NCBI GenBank assembly: GCA_002269645.1
Contig: NIVC01001824.1
Coordinates: forward strand, 1-45,787
Source of the DNA: Macrostomum lignano
Lineage: Eukaryota
Direction: 5' to 3'
DNA: 45,787 nucleotides
Position numbers and translations under genes: made by a program. The stretch's first letter is position 1, and each line of letters opens with the position of its first letter. The notes beneath the pieces were generated by a model, which saw nothing but the letters and a program-made list of their open reading frames with translations, was not told the DNA's origin and searched no databases. Shown here in pieces: positions 12,242-24,281 of this stretch.

Positions 12242-15200
12242 ATGAAGACATTGTTTCAAAACATTATTCGAACTGCTCTGGTCAGTGCATATGTGCTGGT
12301 TTTATATTACAATTTTACATATGTAGGATTTCCTTCACGCAAAAACCCTTCCAAAAATTTTGGTGGAAAGTATGAATACCTTACTGTGCTTAATCTGGTG
12401 AGTTTTTTTAAACTTTATCTATGATTTTATTAAAACCCAATATAAAAAATGGTCAGAAATAACATTCTGATATTTCTTGCTTAGCCTATTATACTAGCTA
12501 AAGTTTATAGGAATATTATAAGCTATCCATGCGAGCCAAGGCCTAGTAGGGCCTAAGCTTTATGTATGCTATGATCAATTTTCTTAAAAGCCTCTTTGAT
12601 GTTTAATTAATAAGAAAAAAGTTTCTTTTTCATTATTAAATAAACATTGATTAATGTTAAAAAACAATCTATAAATAATATCTTATCACAAGATAGGTCT
12701 TATACTATTGAATTTATTTTTGAGCACTATGATTTTTAGTGTTGTGATAAAAGAAAAGTTGTTGGTATAAATACATAGGCTTATTAAATGTCTATTAATA
12801 TTTAAAGCTCATTTAATGCTTAAAAAATTCAGTCTACAAATAAAACAGACCTAGCTTTAGATTTTAAATAATCAAGCAATGAATATCTAGCATTCTTTTA
12901 AAAGTAACTTAATACATTTATATTAAATTTATTTAATTTGTCTATATTTTGGCCTAGTCAATAGATTAGCAAACTGTTTTCAATGAAGATTTTTATTATA
13001 GATATTCTAGATAGTAAATCCTATTTTTATTTTAATGAAGACTATTTTGGACTTCTTCAAGTTTATGTCAAAAATTAGTTGCAATTTTAATAAGAGCATA
13101 ATTTTGTCTCAATAAGCTGGTTTTTGATGGTGCTGATTTCAAATCTGAGCTTTATTTTTGGTAACTTCAATCCAACTATATGTAGCTTAAAACTAACCAC
13201 CAGTTCATGGGGAATGGGAGGTTTTAGGGTGGGGAGATGCTTCACGGGGATTGATTTTATCAATATAAACTTGAATAAAGGCATAGAGACCTATTCAAAA
13301 TGGTATTAATAAATTCCAAGCTCAGTGGAGGGGTAGACCCTATCAAAAGGAAAATAACAAAACACTGGGGCATGAAGAATGGGATGGGAGTTTTTAGAAT
13401 AGGAAATTCTTCATAGGGGTTGATTTTATCAACATAAACTTGAATAGAGGCATAGAGACCTATCCCTATTCAAGATGGTATTGATAAGTTCTAGACTTGG
13501 GAGGGGAGGTAAACCTTAAGGCCTACCAAAAGGTCAATGACCAAATATTGGGGAATGGAGAATAGGGGGTTTATGGGTGGGGGATCCTTGATAGGGGTTG
13601 ATTTTATCAACAAAAACTTGAATAGAGGCCTAGAGACCTATTCAAAAAGGTGTTGATAAATTGCAAACTTAGGGGAAGAGGGATTGATCCTTACAAAAAA
13701 GGTCAATGACCAACTATTGGGGCATGGAATGGGATAAAGGGTTGAATTGAAGCAAAAGCACCATTAGCAAGAGGATGGGAGAAATCAGCCAACACGCGCG
13801 TGATGCGTGAACAAGCATCCAGCCTTGGCAGCAACTCCCCAGATGCACAAGATCTGCATGCCTAAAAATAGCCCTGATGATTGGCAAGTGAGAACCCTAG
13901 CCATGCAACCCTCGCGTGATGCATGAATCTCCTCTGGCCGACAGCTCCTATTGGGCCTCCTCATTCCACTTTCTTTCCCTATTCCTCCTTGCTCGTGTAC
14001 AGTCTGTTAACTTATAAAATATACTAATTGAAGAGGAAAGATCCCCTCGCCTGAAGTTTGAGAATGTGACTCCAGAGATCACACAGAGAAAGTTACCATC
14101 AAGTCTATAGTTCATTGTCTTCCTGAACTGTTAGCAGAAAGAAACAATTATATGGGAAAAACCTATATAAATAGTCATTTCAGGGTTTTTGGGTAGGGGA
14201 TTCTTCATGGAGGTTGATTTTATTAATGCAAACTGGAATATTACAGACATTTATAATATGATTAATTATTTACATCACTAAATCATTCAGCAAGAGATAT
14301 TAATCTCAACCACAACACAACAGTAAAGTAGCAACAAATCAGAATGTGGGAGATGATTATCAGCGCATCATAGATGTGGCAAATTTAAAAAAGAGGAAAC
14401 TGTGACGTGGCAATTATTTGACATTATAACAAAACTCAATATTAAATTTGATAAAGTCATTTGCATTCACTATACATTATAATTGGAAAATGGTTAATAT
14501 AACTTGTGATTTCTTAATTTTATATACACAAAACATGTTAACTTATTTTTTGTTTCAAAAAGTGTTTTTTAAACACAAAATTCATTGAAACAATATTTAT
14601 CAAATTCTCATTGACACCATAGGGGATTAATAAACTGAGGTTGCATCACCACAGAATGTAGTTTTTGGTAATTTTTTTACTTTTTTATCATTTCTGGCAC
14701 CTTTTGTTTGGTGAAAATTTCAGAAAAATTGGAAAATTGGAAGTATTTTATCAACATAAACTTGAAGAAGTCTGCTATTTTTCTTATATGTTTATATACT
14801 TTTGAGCCAAATTTAAAACTGCAAATAAAAACTATAATAAATCTACAATATCTTAAAAATTAAAGAAATTTTTAATCTTTAATCTTAAAGATACATGTAT
14901 CAGCAATCTTAATCTTCAATCTTCAATCTTAAAGATTAAAGATTAAAAAACTTTTACAAGCTTCCTAATTATTTCTTAAACTTACTTTAATGATTAATTT
15001 CATTCTTTATTTTTAGGTCTTTTTGACTGCAAGCCTAACCTTTAGTTTTCTTTGTGAACTATTACCTATTGGCTTGAACTCAAACCCAGTGCATAAGCTA
15101 AAAGGCATATTAAATGCTGCCAGTGCAACTATCTCAATGGTAATTATTGTTTTTTTATTGTCACTATTTTCTCTTTATTGAAATTGGTATATACCAATAA

Positions 15201-16443
15201 ATATTTAACTATTTTAACAATCATAATTTCAGTTTGTGTGTCTGGCATTCTGGTCAATCTATGCAATAAACAGGGAGTTGGTTTTTCCTGCAGTGCTTGA
15301 TAGCATCATTCCTCCCTGGCACAACCATGCCATTCATACAACTGTCCTGCCAGGTGAGTTCTTGTTTCCTACCTAATGTTTTTAGAGTTTGAAAAACAAA
15401 ACTTTCTTCTCATTGGTGCACACGTTTTTATACAAGATAGTGAGTTTTGCCCCATAGCTATATTGTGCATCGCCCCACAGCTACAGCGAGAATAGCTTGC
15501 AGCCCCTTTTCGCAGTGTCCCTGATCAGCCTCACCCCCCCCCATCGCAGTGTCCCTGATCAGCCTCACCCCCCCCCCATCGCAGTGTCCCTGATCAGCCT
15601 CCCCCCATCGCAGTGTCCCTGATCAGCCTCCCCCCCATCGCAGTGTCCCTGATCAGCCTCACTCCCCCATCGCAGTGTCCCTGATCAGCCTCATTCCCCA
15701 TCGCAGTGTCCCTGATCAGCTTCATCACTCCCCTCGCAGTGTCCCTGATCAGCTTCATCACTCCCCTCGCAGTGTCCCTGATCAGCTTCATCACTCCCCA
15801 TCGCAGTGTCCCTGATCAGCTTCATCACTCCCCATCGCAGTTTCCCTGATCAGCTTTATCACTCCCCCATCGCAGTGTCCCTGATCAGCTTCATCACTCC
15901 CTCATCGCAGTGTCCCTGATCAGCTTCATCACTCCCCATCGCAGTTTCCCTGATCAGCTTCATCACTCCCCCATCGCAGTGTCCCTGATCAGCTTCATCA
16001 CTCCCCATCGCAGTGTCCCTGATCAGCTTATCACTCCCCATCGCAGTGTCCCTGATCAGCTTCATCACTCCCCATCGCAGTGTCCCTGATCAGCTTCATC
16101 ACTCCCCATCGCAGTGTCCCTGATCAGCTACCTGCTGACGCCAAAGAGCCACGCGCCCCGATTCGCCACCCTGATGTGCGTGGCCTCTGGCCTGGTGGTG
16201 TGCTACACCCTGTGGATCTACGTGATCTACCTGAACACGGGCCGCTGGGTCTATCCGGTGCTGGCGGTGCTGGGCGCACCAGCTCGGGCTGCATTCATCG
16301 CTGCCTGCGCTCTCAGCATGGCCCCGTTTGCATTCGCTGCGCACTGGATCAAAAGCCGATTCGACGCTTGGAAAACTGACGCCGCCAAGGCCGTCAAACG
16401 GGAGAAACGAAAGCAAAAGGCCAAGGCTAAGAAGGCTCAGTAG
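12242..16443 (+). CDS. AIG1: AIG1/ADTRP (FAR-17a) family multi-pass membrane Thr-His hydrolase, 242 aa, 4 exons
   Basis: Exons 12242-12397 (phase 0), 15017-15139 (phase 0), 15233-15353 (phase 1) and 16115-16443; all introns GT-AG; total 729 nt. Motifs [13 protein letters not shown] (catalytic Thr48), [22 protein letters not shown] (catalytic His128), [10 protein letters not shown]-terminal KKAQ fits a KKxx ER-retrieval signal. AIG1 versus ADTRP orthology is not resolved. Confidence 0.87.
13205..13740. repeat. Diverged ~170-180 bp tandem repeat, 3 copies (AIG1 intron 1)
   Basis: Core gattttatcaa(c/t)a(t/a)aaacttgaata...agagacctat recurs at 13253, 13422 and 13600, with partial copies near 14216 and 14745. 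Confidence 0.8.
15511..16128 (+). repeat. 29-36 bp minisatellite, 19 copies, unit contains the AIG1 exon-4 splice acceptor
   Basis: Unit (c)cccatcgcag|tgtccctgatcagcttcatcact. The last copy runs into the AIG1 coding sequence (G|TG TCC CTG ATC AGC TAC). Confidence 0.95.
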
Positions 16444-16679
16444 TTTTTATTACTCAAATTAATATTGCCAGTTCACTCCATTTTGATTTTGATGTAGCTT
16501 GTCAGATAATATACTGATTAGGTTTTTTATTCAAGTTGAATGCTTAAATTGATCCTATTGTAGATGTAGGGAAAGTATTTAAAGGATGGATACAAGTGAT
16601 TTTAAATCCCGCGAAATTATTGCAGTTTAAATATGTCCAATGGCTTTCTTAGTTTGGTATGGGATTCGACCATAGACTA

Positions 16680-17048
16680 GTTTAGTTAGAGGCAGGGGCT
16701 GTCCCTGGCGCACTTTAAACGATTGTCACACAACCGGCGAGAGGCATTGCTGCCCATTCCGCCCGACTCCCCTGAGCAGGAACACAAGCGCGCGGATACG
16801 TACGCAGTCATACACACAGGCACACACTCACACAGAAGTGTACACATAAAGTTATACTCATAGAGTTATTTATCGTTAGGCATGTACACTTCACTGTGCC
16901 TTCGGGGTTGGTCCTCAAGGGCGTTAATTGCCGAGATAATAGGAGAGCCAAGCCGAGATTCCAAAATTAATGTGGCTGCACTTCGAATCGAGCCTGCGCC
17001 GCTAGCACATTAGAGCGCCGCGCTGGACCACTGGGCTACGCCATCCCC
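16680..17048 (-). mobile_element. tRNA-derived SINE copy 2 (369 bp) with degenerate TSD
   Basis: On the minus strand: GGGGATGGCG, A-box TAGCCCAGTGG, B-box-like GGCTCGATTC, short ctaactaaac tail. Flanking 12-mers gaccatagacta (16668-16679) and gatcattgacta (17049-17060) match at 10/12. Body is shared with 5823-6068. Confidence 0.75.
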
Positions 17049-17910
17049 GATCATTGACTAACGATTTTATCAGCTTTAAAGCTTGAAGTTTTCTAATCTA
17101 GGGATCAGTTTAATGCGCTCCGCAGGGGACAACTTAAGAGAACATTTTATTAATGAGTTTTTGACACATTTACGAGTATTCATAGAATTTTCTAATTCTA
17201 TAATTTTTAGTGACTTTGATTTGCGCCTTTGTCTCTGTGCCTTTGTCTCTGGCTTTTAGAGTTTCCACGCATGTAATCCACTTTGCCTGTGCGCCTCGTC
17301 TATTCCCCAGTGTTAAATGAGCGGTGGTAATCAACGTGTCCCCCAGTGTTAAATGAGCGTAACTCTGCTACCATCGACAAACCAACGAGATGGATAGACA
17401 TGGATAGCGGAGATAACTCATTATCTCCGGCGGAGATAAGGTGTTATATTCAGGTCGCACATGCCGTGGATTACATACAAAGAATCGCCTGATACTAGGA
17501 GATGAGCCATAGACAGCGATTCTTGTTTATCGGACTTGGTGCTGTTAGTTTGGCTTGTTAATGATAAATTATAATGATCTCGAATATTAAAACTATATTC
17601 ATTTGCAATCTAAAATTGATATGAATGGCGACTTTACTGAATGAATAAGTTTTTTGAAGCAATTAAAGCTTTGTAGAAACAATTAGCCTAGATATTTTTC
17701 TCCGACAGAAGCGAGTATGAAACAGACCGACTCGATTGATTCTCTGTTTGGGATCGGACGAGCCTTTAAAATCTGTACGTTTGTAGAGGAGGCTTTTGGC
17801 GCTGCCGAAAATCAAGGCATAATGCTTGCTGTCATGCCCTTTTTGCTAACCCTTGAGCATTCTTGAGCACACGTACACACGGTACATTCACGTACATTCA
17901 GGCACGTACA

Positions 17911-19093
17911 AGTGTCGGAGATACGAGTATAAAGTGTCAGAGATATGAAGTTTCGGAGATATGGAGTGTCCGAGATATGAAGTGTCCGAGATATGAAGTG
18001 TCGGAGATATGAAGTGTCAGTGATATGGAGTGTCGGAGATATGGAGTGTCGGAGATATGAAGTGTCAGAGATATGAAGTGTTGGAGATATGGAGTGCCAG
18101 TGATATGAAGTGTTGGAGATATGAAGTGTCAGTGATATGGAGTGTCGGAGATATGGAGTGTCGGAGATATGAAGTGTCCGAGATATGAAGTGTCAGTGAT
18201 ATAGAGTGTCGGAGATATGGAGTGTCGGAGATATGAAGTGTCAGAGATATGAAGTGTTGGAGATATGGAGTGCCAGTGATATGAAGTGTTGGAGATATGA
18301 AGTGTCAGTGATATGGAGTGTCGGAGATATGGAGTGTCAGTGATATGAAGTGTCAGAGATATGAAGTGTTGGAGATATGGAGTGCCAGTGATATGAAGTG
18401 TTGGAGATATGAAGTGTCAGTGATATGGAGTGTCGGAGATATGGAGTGTCGGAGATATGAAGTGTCCGAGATATGAAGTGTCAGTGATATAGAGTGTCGG
18501 AGATATGGAGTGTCGGAGATATGAAGTGTCAGAGATATGAAGTGTTGGAGATATGGAGTGCCAGTGATATGAAGTGTTGGAGATATGAAGTGTCAGTGAT
18601 ATGGAGTGTCGGAGATATGGAGTGTCAGTGATATGAAGTGTCAGAGATATGAAGTGTCGGAGATATGAAGTGTCAGTGATATGGAGTGTCGGAGATATGG
18701 AGTGTCGGAGATATGAAGTGTCAGAGATATGAAGTGTCCGAGATATGGAGTGTCCGAGATATGGAGTGTCGGAGATATGAAGTGTCGGAGATATGGAGTG
18801 TCGGAGATATGGAGTATCGGAGATATGAAGTGTCAGTGATATGGAGTGTCGGAGATATGGAGTGTCAGAGATATGAAGTGTCGGAGATATGGAGTGTCAG
18901 TGATATGGAGTGTCGGAGATATGGAGTGTCGGAGATATGGAGTGTCGGAGATATGAAGTGTCGGAGATATGGAGTGTCGGAGATATGGAGTGCCAGTGAT
19001 ATGAAGTGTCGGAGATATGAAGTGTCGGAGATATGAAGTGTCAGTGATATGAAGTGTCGGAGATATGAATTCAGTATTGAGATATGAGTTGTC
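17911..19093. repeat. 16-bp minisatellite (agtgtcggagatatg[a/g]), ~73 copies
   Basis: Direct periodicity of 16 nt; lies between the AIG1 and NPC2 3' ends. Confidence 0.96.
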
Positions 19094-19456
19094 AAAGAGG
19101 CTGCTAAACTGATTTGTCGGTGATATGAAAGAGGTGCTTTCTGCAGAGATGAAATCGTCCCATGGGTGTTACCGTGTGACTCACTTAATAAGCACCAGCC
19201 AATTTTTCAGCACAAGCCCAAATCATGTGAGTACATGGCAATAGCGTGTTAAGTATTGTAATTAAAAGATACTTTGCGGTTAACGAATTTTTTAACTTTG
19301 CTTTCTTTCCAAGTTTAGCTCGTGTGTATTTTATACTTGTCGACTCATTGCAAACTGTCAAACTGCTACTAATACAAAAATTGGCAATTCTTTTAGCAGC
19401 CAAGGCCTGTAAGTTGTTAACGCTCAGTGCGCCGCAACTTTGCAGACATTTTTGGC

Positions 19457-21792
19457 TTAGACAACCCTGGCTGGCACTTCAAAGCAGACGAGGTCATTGT
19501 TGTTGGAGTCAGTCAGCTCCCACCTGACCACCAGTGCGAGCTGTGGGAAATTATTGAATTATATTTGTGAGCACGATTTGCATTTACCAACTGTAATTGA
19601 TCTCATAGTCAACTGGGCAGTAATATTCCAATAATACGAGGGGTGTTGCAACATGACTGTTTACCGTGAACGACAGGAATAACCATAGACTATTGCAAAA
19701 GTTTCTGGACTGTGTTTACCGTGAACGACAGGAATAACCATGGACTATTGCAAAAGTTTCTGGACTGTGTTTAGTGTGAACGACAGGAATAACCATAGAC
19801 TATTGCAAAAGTTTCTGGACTGTGTTTAGTGTGAACGACAGGATTAACAATGGACTATTGCAAAAGTTTCTGGACTGTGTTTAGTGTGAACGACAGGATT
19901 AACAATGGACTATTGCAAAAGTTTCTGGACTGTGTTTAGTGTGAACGACAGGATTAACAATGGACTATTGCAAAAGTTTCTGGACTGTGTTTAGTGTGAA
20001 CGACAGGAATAACAATGGACTATTGCAAAAGTTTCTGGACTGTGTTTAGTGTGAACGACAGGAATAACAATGGACAATGTAAGTACGTTCGTCGCTACAT
20101 ACCACACAAGCTAACTTAACTGGATTTCGCTGCATAGCTACTGCATTGGCGAGATCGAAGCACTTCTTTGGTTTTCTTAACACTAAATTGACTTTATAAG
20201 TCTTTTTATCTTATAAAGTTTGAAAAATATTTCTTAAGATTGCGATAACACTCGAAATTCGTCTCACTCCTTTGCTTTTTAAATAGATTCATAAAGTTTT
20301 TCTATTGGTGAATACCATGAAATGAGGTTCTATCATACAGAGACCTGATAAAAACGCCTCGGACAAAGCACACACCTTTATACTTGCTTCGCTTGCACTT
20401 TGGAAGTTCGGAGCATGAGGTATTGTCGATTTAGTGCTAATAAGAACTGCAGAACACTTCCTATTTATTTCTATGATAAAGTTTGCTGCAAAAATTGGCC
20501 TTCTACGAGTGTCCTTCTTTGGTGGTTCCCTGTTCGTAAAAGTTCGTTCATCTGCAGTGTACTCCACAGGTCGAGGAGAAGTAATTAAATACCCAGTTTA
20601 ATTAGGCAATTCCACTCACAGTGGGGTAGGCCTGCTGCACCTCGAGCGCATTGGTGTACTTGTAGCTGGCGCCGTTGGACAGCGGGCACTTTGGGCTCAT
20701 AGCGTTGCAGGCGTTCGGATCGGGCAGCGGGAACGGCACGGCGATGCCCGAGATCACTCCGTGCACCACTGACTTGACCGCGGTGGCGCTTTCGCTCGAG
20801 GTGAAGTCCACGGTGACGCCAACTTTGGTACCGCGCTTCAGCTCGCAGGGCAACTTCGGGCACGGGTTGATGTCCACGCTATTGATCTTGCCGACCTTGG
20901 AGCCTGAGTAGCAAACAATTGTACTTTCTTTGTTACAGAATCACACGCCATACCTACTGCTTTAAGTAGTGCACTATAAAAATAGCGGCAATTTTTCTTC
21001 AATAAGCCGCTCGATTCTTTTACATGTATAAGCCGCTTCTGCCCCTCAGATTCTTCTGCAGTAAGTCGCTTCTGCCCCTCAGATTGTTCAGTAAGTCGCT
21101 TCTGCCCCTCAGATTCTTGAGTAAGCCGCTTCTGCCCCTCAGATTCTTCAGTAAGCCGCTTCTGCCCCTCAGATTCTTCAGTAAGCCGCTTCTGCCCCTC
21201 AGATTCTTCAGTAAGTCGCTTCTGCCCCTCAGATTGTTCAGTAAGTCGCTTCTGCCCCTCAGATTGTTCAGTAAGTCGCTTCTGCCCCTCAGTTTCTTCA
21301 GTAAGTCGCTTCTGCCCCTCAGATTCTTCAGTAAGCCGCTTCTGCCCCTCAGATTCTTCAGTAAGTCGCTTCTGCCCCTCAGATTCTTCAGTAAGTCGCT
21401 TCTGCCCCTCATATTCTTGAGTAAGCCGCTTCTGCCCCTCAGATTCTTAACTAAGCCGCTTCTGCCCCTCAGATTCTTCAGTAAGCCGCTTCTGCCCCTC
21501 AGATTCTTCAGTAAGCCGCTTCTGCCCCTCAGATTTTTGAGTAAGCCGCTTCTGCCCCTCAGATTCTTCAGTAAGCCGCTTCTGCCTCTCAGATTCTTGA
21601 GTAAGCCGCTTCTGCCCCTCAGATTGTTCACTACATGTAAGTCCCTATTACCCCTTAGAAACCGAACGAGCTACGAATCAGCCTTTGATGATTGCTTTCC
21701 AATATCTTACCGCAATCCTTAAACTTGACCGGGTCAGCGAGAACCGCAGCGAAGGCGCAAGCAAGCGCAGCAAACAACAGAGTCAGTTTCAT
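19457..21792 (-). CDS. NPC2: NPC intracellular cholesterol transporter 2 (ML domain), 149 aa, 3 exons
   Basis: Exons 21792-21711 (MKLTLLFAALACAFAAVLADPVKFKDCG, signal peptide, phase 1), 20903-20620 (phase 0) and 19540-19457 (LALVVRWELTDSNNNDLVCFEVPARVV*). Total 450 nt, six Cys in the NPC2 pattern, canonical GT-AG introns. Confidence 0.93.
19655..20075. repeat. 55-bp minisatellite, ~7.5 copies (NPC2 intron 2)
   Basis: tattgcaaaa recurs at 19691, 19746, 19801, 19856, 19911, 19966 and 20021. Confidence 0.95.
21027..21630. repeat. 30-bp minisatellite (gtaagccgcttctgcccctcagattcttca), ~20 copies (NPC2 intron 1)
   Basis: Exact 30-nt periodicity. Confidence 0.96.
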
Positions 21793-22168
21793 TTCGCGTA
21801 AAAGTTTCTAATTGTCTTCTTTCTATACCTATGGATAGCCTATAAGGACTGATTGCTTTGTGCAAGCGGAAATTTTTGCCGAACCACAGCGGGGCGGTAT
21901 TTATGCATCACGGGTCTTATCTTGGTCAAGTCATGCAGTTTTAGCCGGGGTTTCACAATGGGAGTTCGGCATGTTTTTCTTCCAATACTGACCGGTGGTA
22001 TGGCCAGGTGCTGCTGCTCTCACGGCTTCGCGCAGCAGCTTTGCGTCAGCACTGCGGCTGAAAACAATCGAGCGCATTGGGAGTCCAAAATGAATACAAA
22101 GAAAAGCCTTCACTACTCAAATGTCCGAATCCATAGGAATATTATAAACATGCTCTTTTCTTGTTGAC

Positions 22169-22374
22169 CTGACTGACTGACTGACTGACTGACTGACTGA
22201 CTGACTGACTGACTGACTGACTGACTGACTGACTGACTGACTGACTGACTGACTGACTGACTGACTGACTGACTGACTGACTGACTGACTGACTGACTGA
22301 CTGACTGACTGACTGACTGACTGACTGACTGACTGACTGACTGACTGACTGACTGACTGACTGACTGACTGACT
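22169..22374. repeat. (GACT)n microsatellite, ~51 copies
   Basis: Perfect run seen directly. Confidence 0.98.
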
Positions 22375-23279
22375 CGTACAGCGATTCAAATGCAATTTTT
22401 CATATCTCTGTAAGCAACTCGGGTTTTCTCTCTTATCTCTCACGGAAAACAAATGGATTTCTGCGCCCCGGGGAGGCGCCAGCGCATGCAGGCTCGGAGG
22501 ATGCGGGTAGATTGATGACTGCGAGAAACTCTGACGGACCTTGCAGGGGAAAGGCTCTATTCTAGGCATATTTCCCATCCCCCCCCTGATCTCAGGCAAC
22601 CCTCGGGGTGGCAAGTTCCAACTCATTTGAGTCTTTCCTCAGGGGCCTCCGTGATTGTGAGCCCAGGCCGGGCATAATTAGATTTGTGACTGGAGATAGA
22701 TAAGGGAGTAGAATGAGCAGGGGAGCGAAGGTGGAGCTACTCGACTTGCCGAATGGAAGATAATGCAGGCAAGCCAGTGGTGGTTCTGCTCCGGTGATTG
22801 CGCGGGCGCCCCTGCCTCGAGGGGGGGGGGGTCGGAGCTCCATTAGCAACTGGAGATGTGAGTCTCAGCTGCTGGGAATTCAAAGTCTCAATCAGGCCAG
22901 CTATTAAATGGCAGCTCGAATGTTGCGCCGATTCAGATTGCGCTGCTGTGTATTGCCGATCAGAATTTCATTCTGTCTCCTTTTTCATAGCTGCTTTGCT
23001 AGTCCGAGTCTCTGTGACCGAAGAAAGACAGCTTGCATTGTACCACTGCTGTTGAGTTGTTGATCTCATTTCTGTACGAACTGCATGTCAAGAACTTTAC
23101 AATGCATCAGCATCCGCAATTGATGTGATGAATTATCGTGTATGCTGCATCATGTACGAGTGTGATAATGGCATGGTTCCTTCTAATCGATGTGGCCCAT
23201 CATTCATTCAATTTGATGCATTTTTTGCTGAATGTGGCGCATCATTCAGTTTAGTCCGCATCAAGGCGACAGCTTAATT

Positions 23280-23527
23280 AGGCATCATATAATCGGTGTG
23301 AGGCATCATGTACTTGGTGTGAGGCATCATATACTCGGTGTGAGGCATCATGTACTCGGTGTGAGGCATCATGTACTCGGTGTGAGGCATCATATAATCG
23401 GTGTGAGGCATCATGTACTCGGTGTGAGGCATCATGTACTCGGTGTGAGGCATCATGTACTCGGTGTGAGGCATCATGTACTCGGTGTGAGGCATCATGT
23501 ACTCGGTGTGAGGCATCATGTACTTGG
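23280..23527. repeat. 21-bp minisatellite (aggcatcatgtactcggtgtg), ~12 copies
   Basis: Direct periodicity of 21 nt. Confidence 0.95.
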
Positions 23528-24281
23528 GCACGCATAGCAGCTGATGCCGCAAAGTTTCCGAGGCTCTGCTAGGTCGCATTTAGGCCAAAAAAGATGCCCG
23601 TCTTTACTTTAAAAAAGCCGTAAAAGCCACTTTGAAAAGAATTTTGAGCGAACTCGAAGAGTTGAAAAGTGAGTGAGCACGCCTGAGATGACTTCCTAAC
23701 GGGAGCCCCACAGATGGATGCAATTGACAAAGGAAGCCCATCGCTCTTCAAGCATTCGCCTCTTTAGATCCCGGAGTCGGAAGATACAAATCTCTCTCTC
23801 TCTGCCTGCTGCTTCCGCCGGCTGGTGCATCCTTCAGGCTAATTCCTTGTGATCAGCCTCGCGTCCCGTTCTGTCGCTTTGACTGCCCAGCTAGTGGATT
23901 CTAATCCTCTGCAAAGCCCCGCGTCTTGGAAGTTGCTTTTCTGCCTGGGTTTTTGGCAGCACAGTAGCGGATTTGCTCCAGGGCAAGCGGCCAATGAGCG
24001 GCTTAAGCCCCGCCCCGACTACGGGGAAGAATGTCGCTGCCGCGTCTTCCCAACCGGAGGAGAAGGTGGCTCCCCTGAGAAGCCTTGGACAGGCTCAGCT
24101 CAACTCCCGGTCAAAGCTATCTGGTAAAAAAGCGAGTCTGCAGCATCATTCCAGTGAGTTCTTTTTGTTGTATTTCTGCAGCCAGGTGTGAACCCACCGG
24201 TTTTCGAATTTGAGCTTGATTTTTTTCTTTTCAGACTATTCAGCATCTGTAGAGACCAAAATCTTGCCTACTGATTGGGCA

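Noticed and set aside
17408-17439. Three alternating copies of CGGAGATAA and its complement
   Set aside because: Very short and has no context; likely a local duplication-inversion.
12242-21792. AIG1 and NPC2 as a lipid-handling gene cluster
   Set aside because: Two convergent neighbours are not evidence of co-regulation without synteny or expression data.
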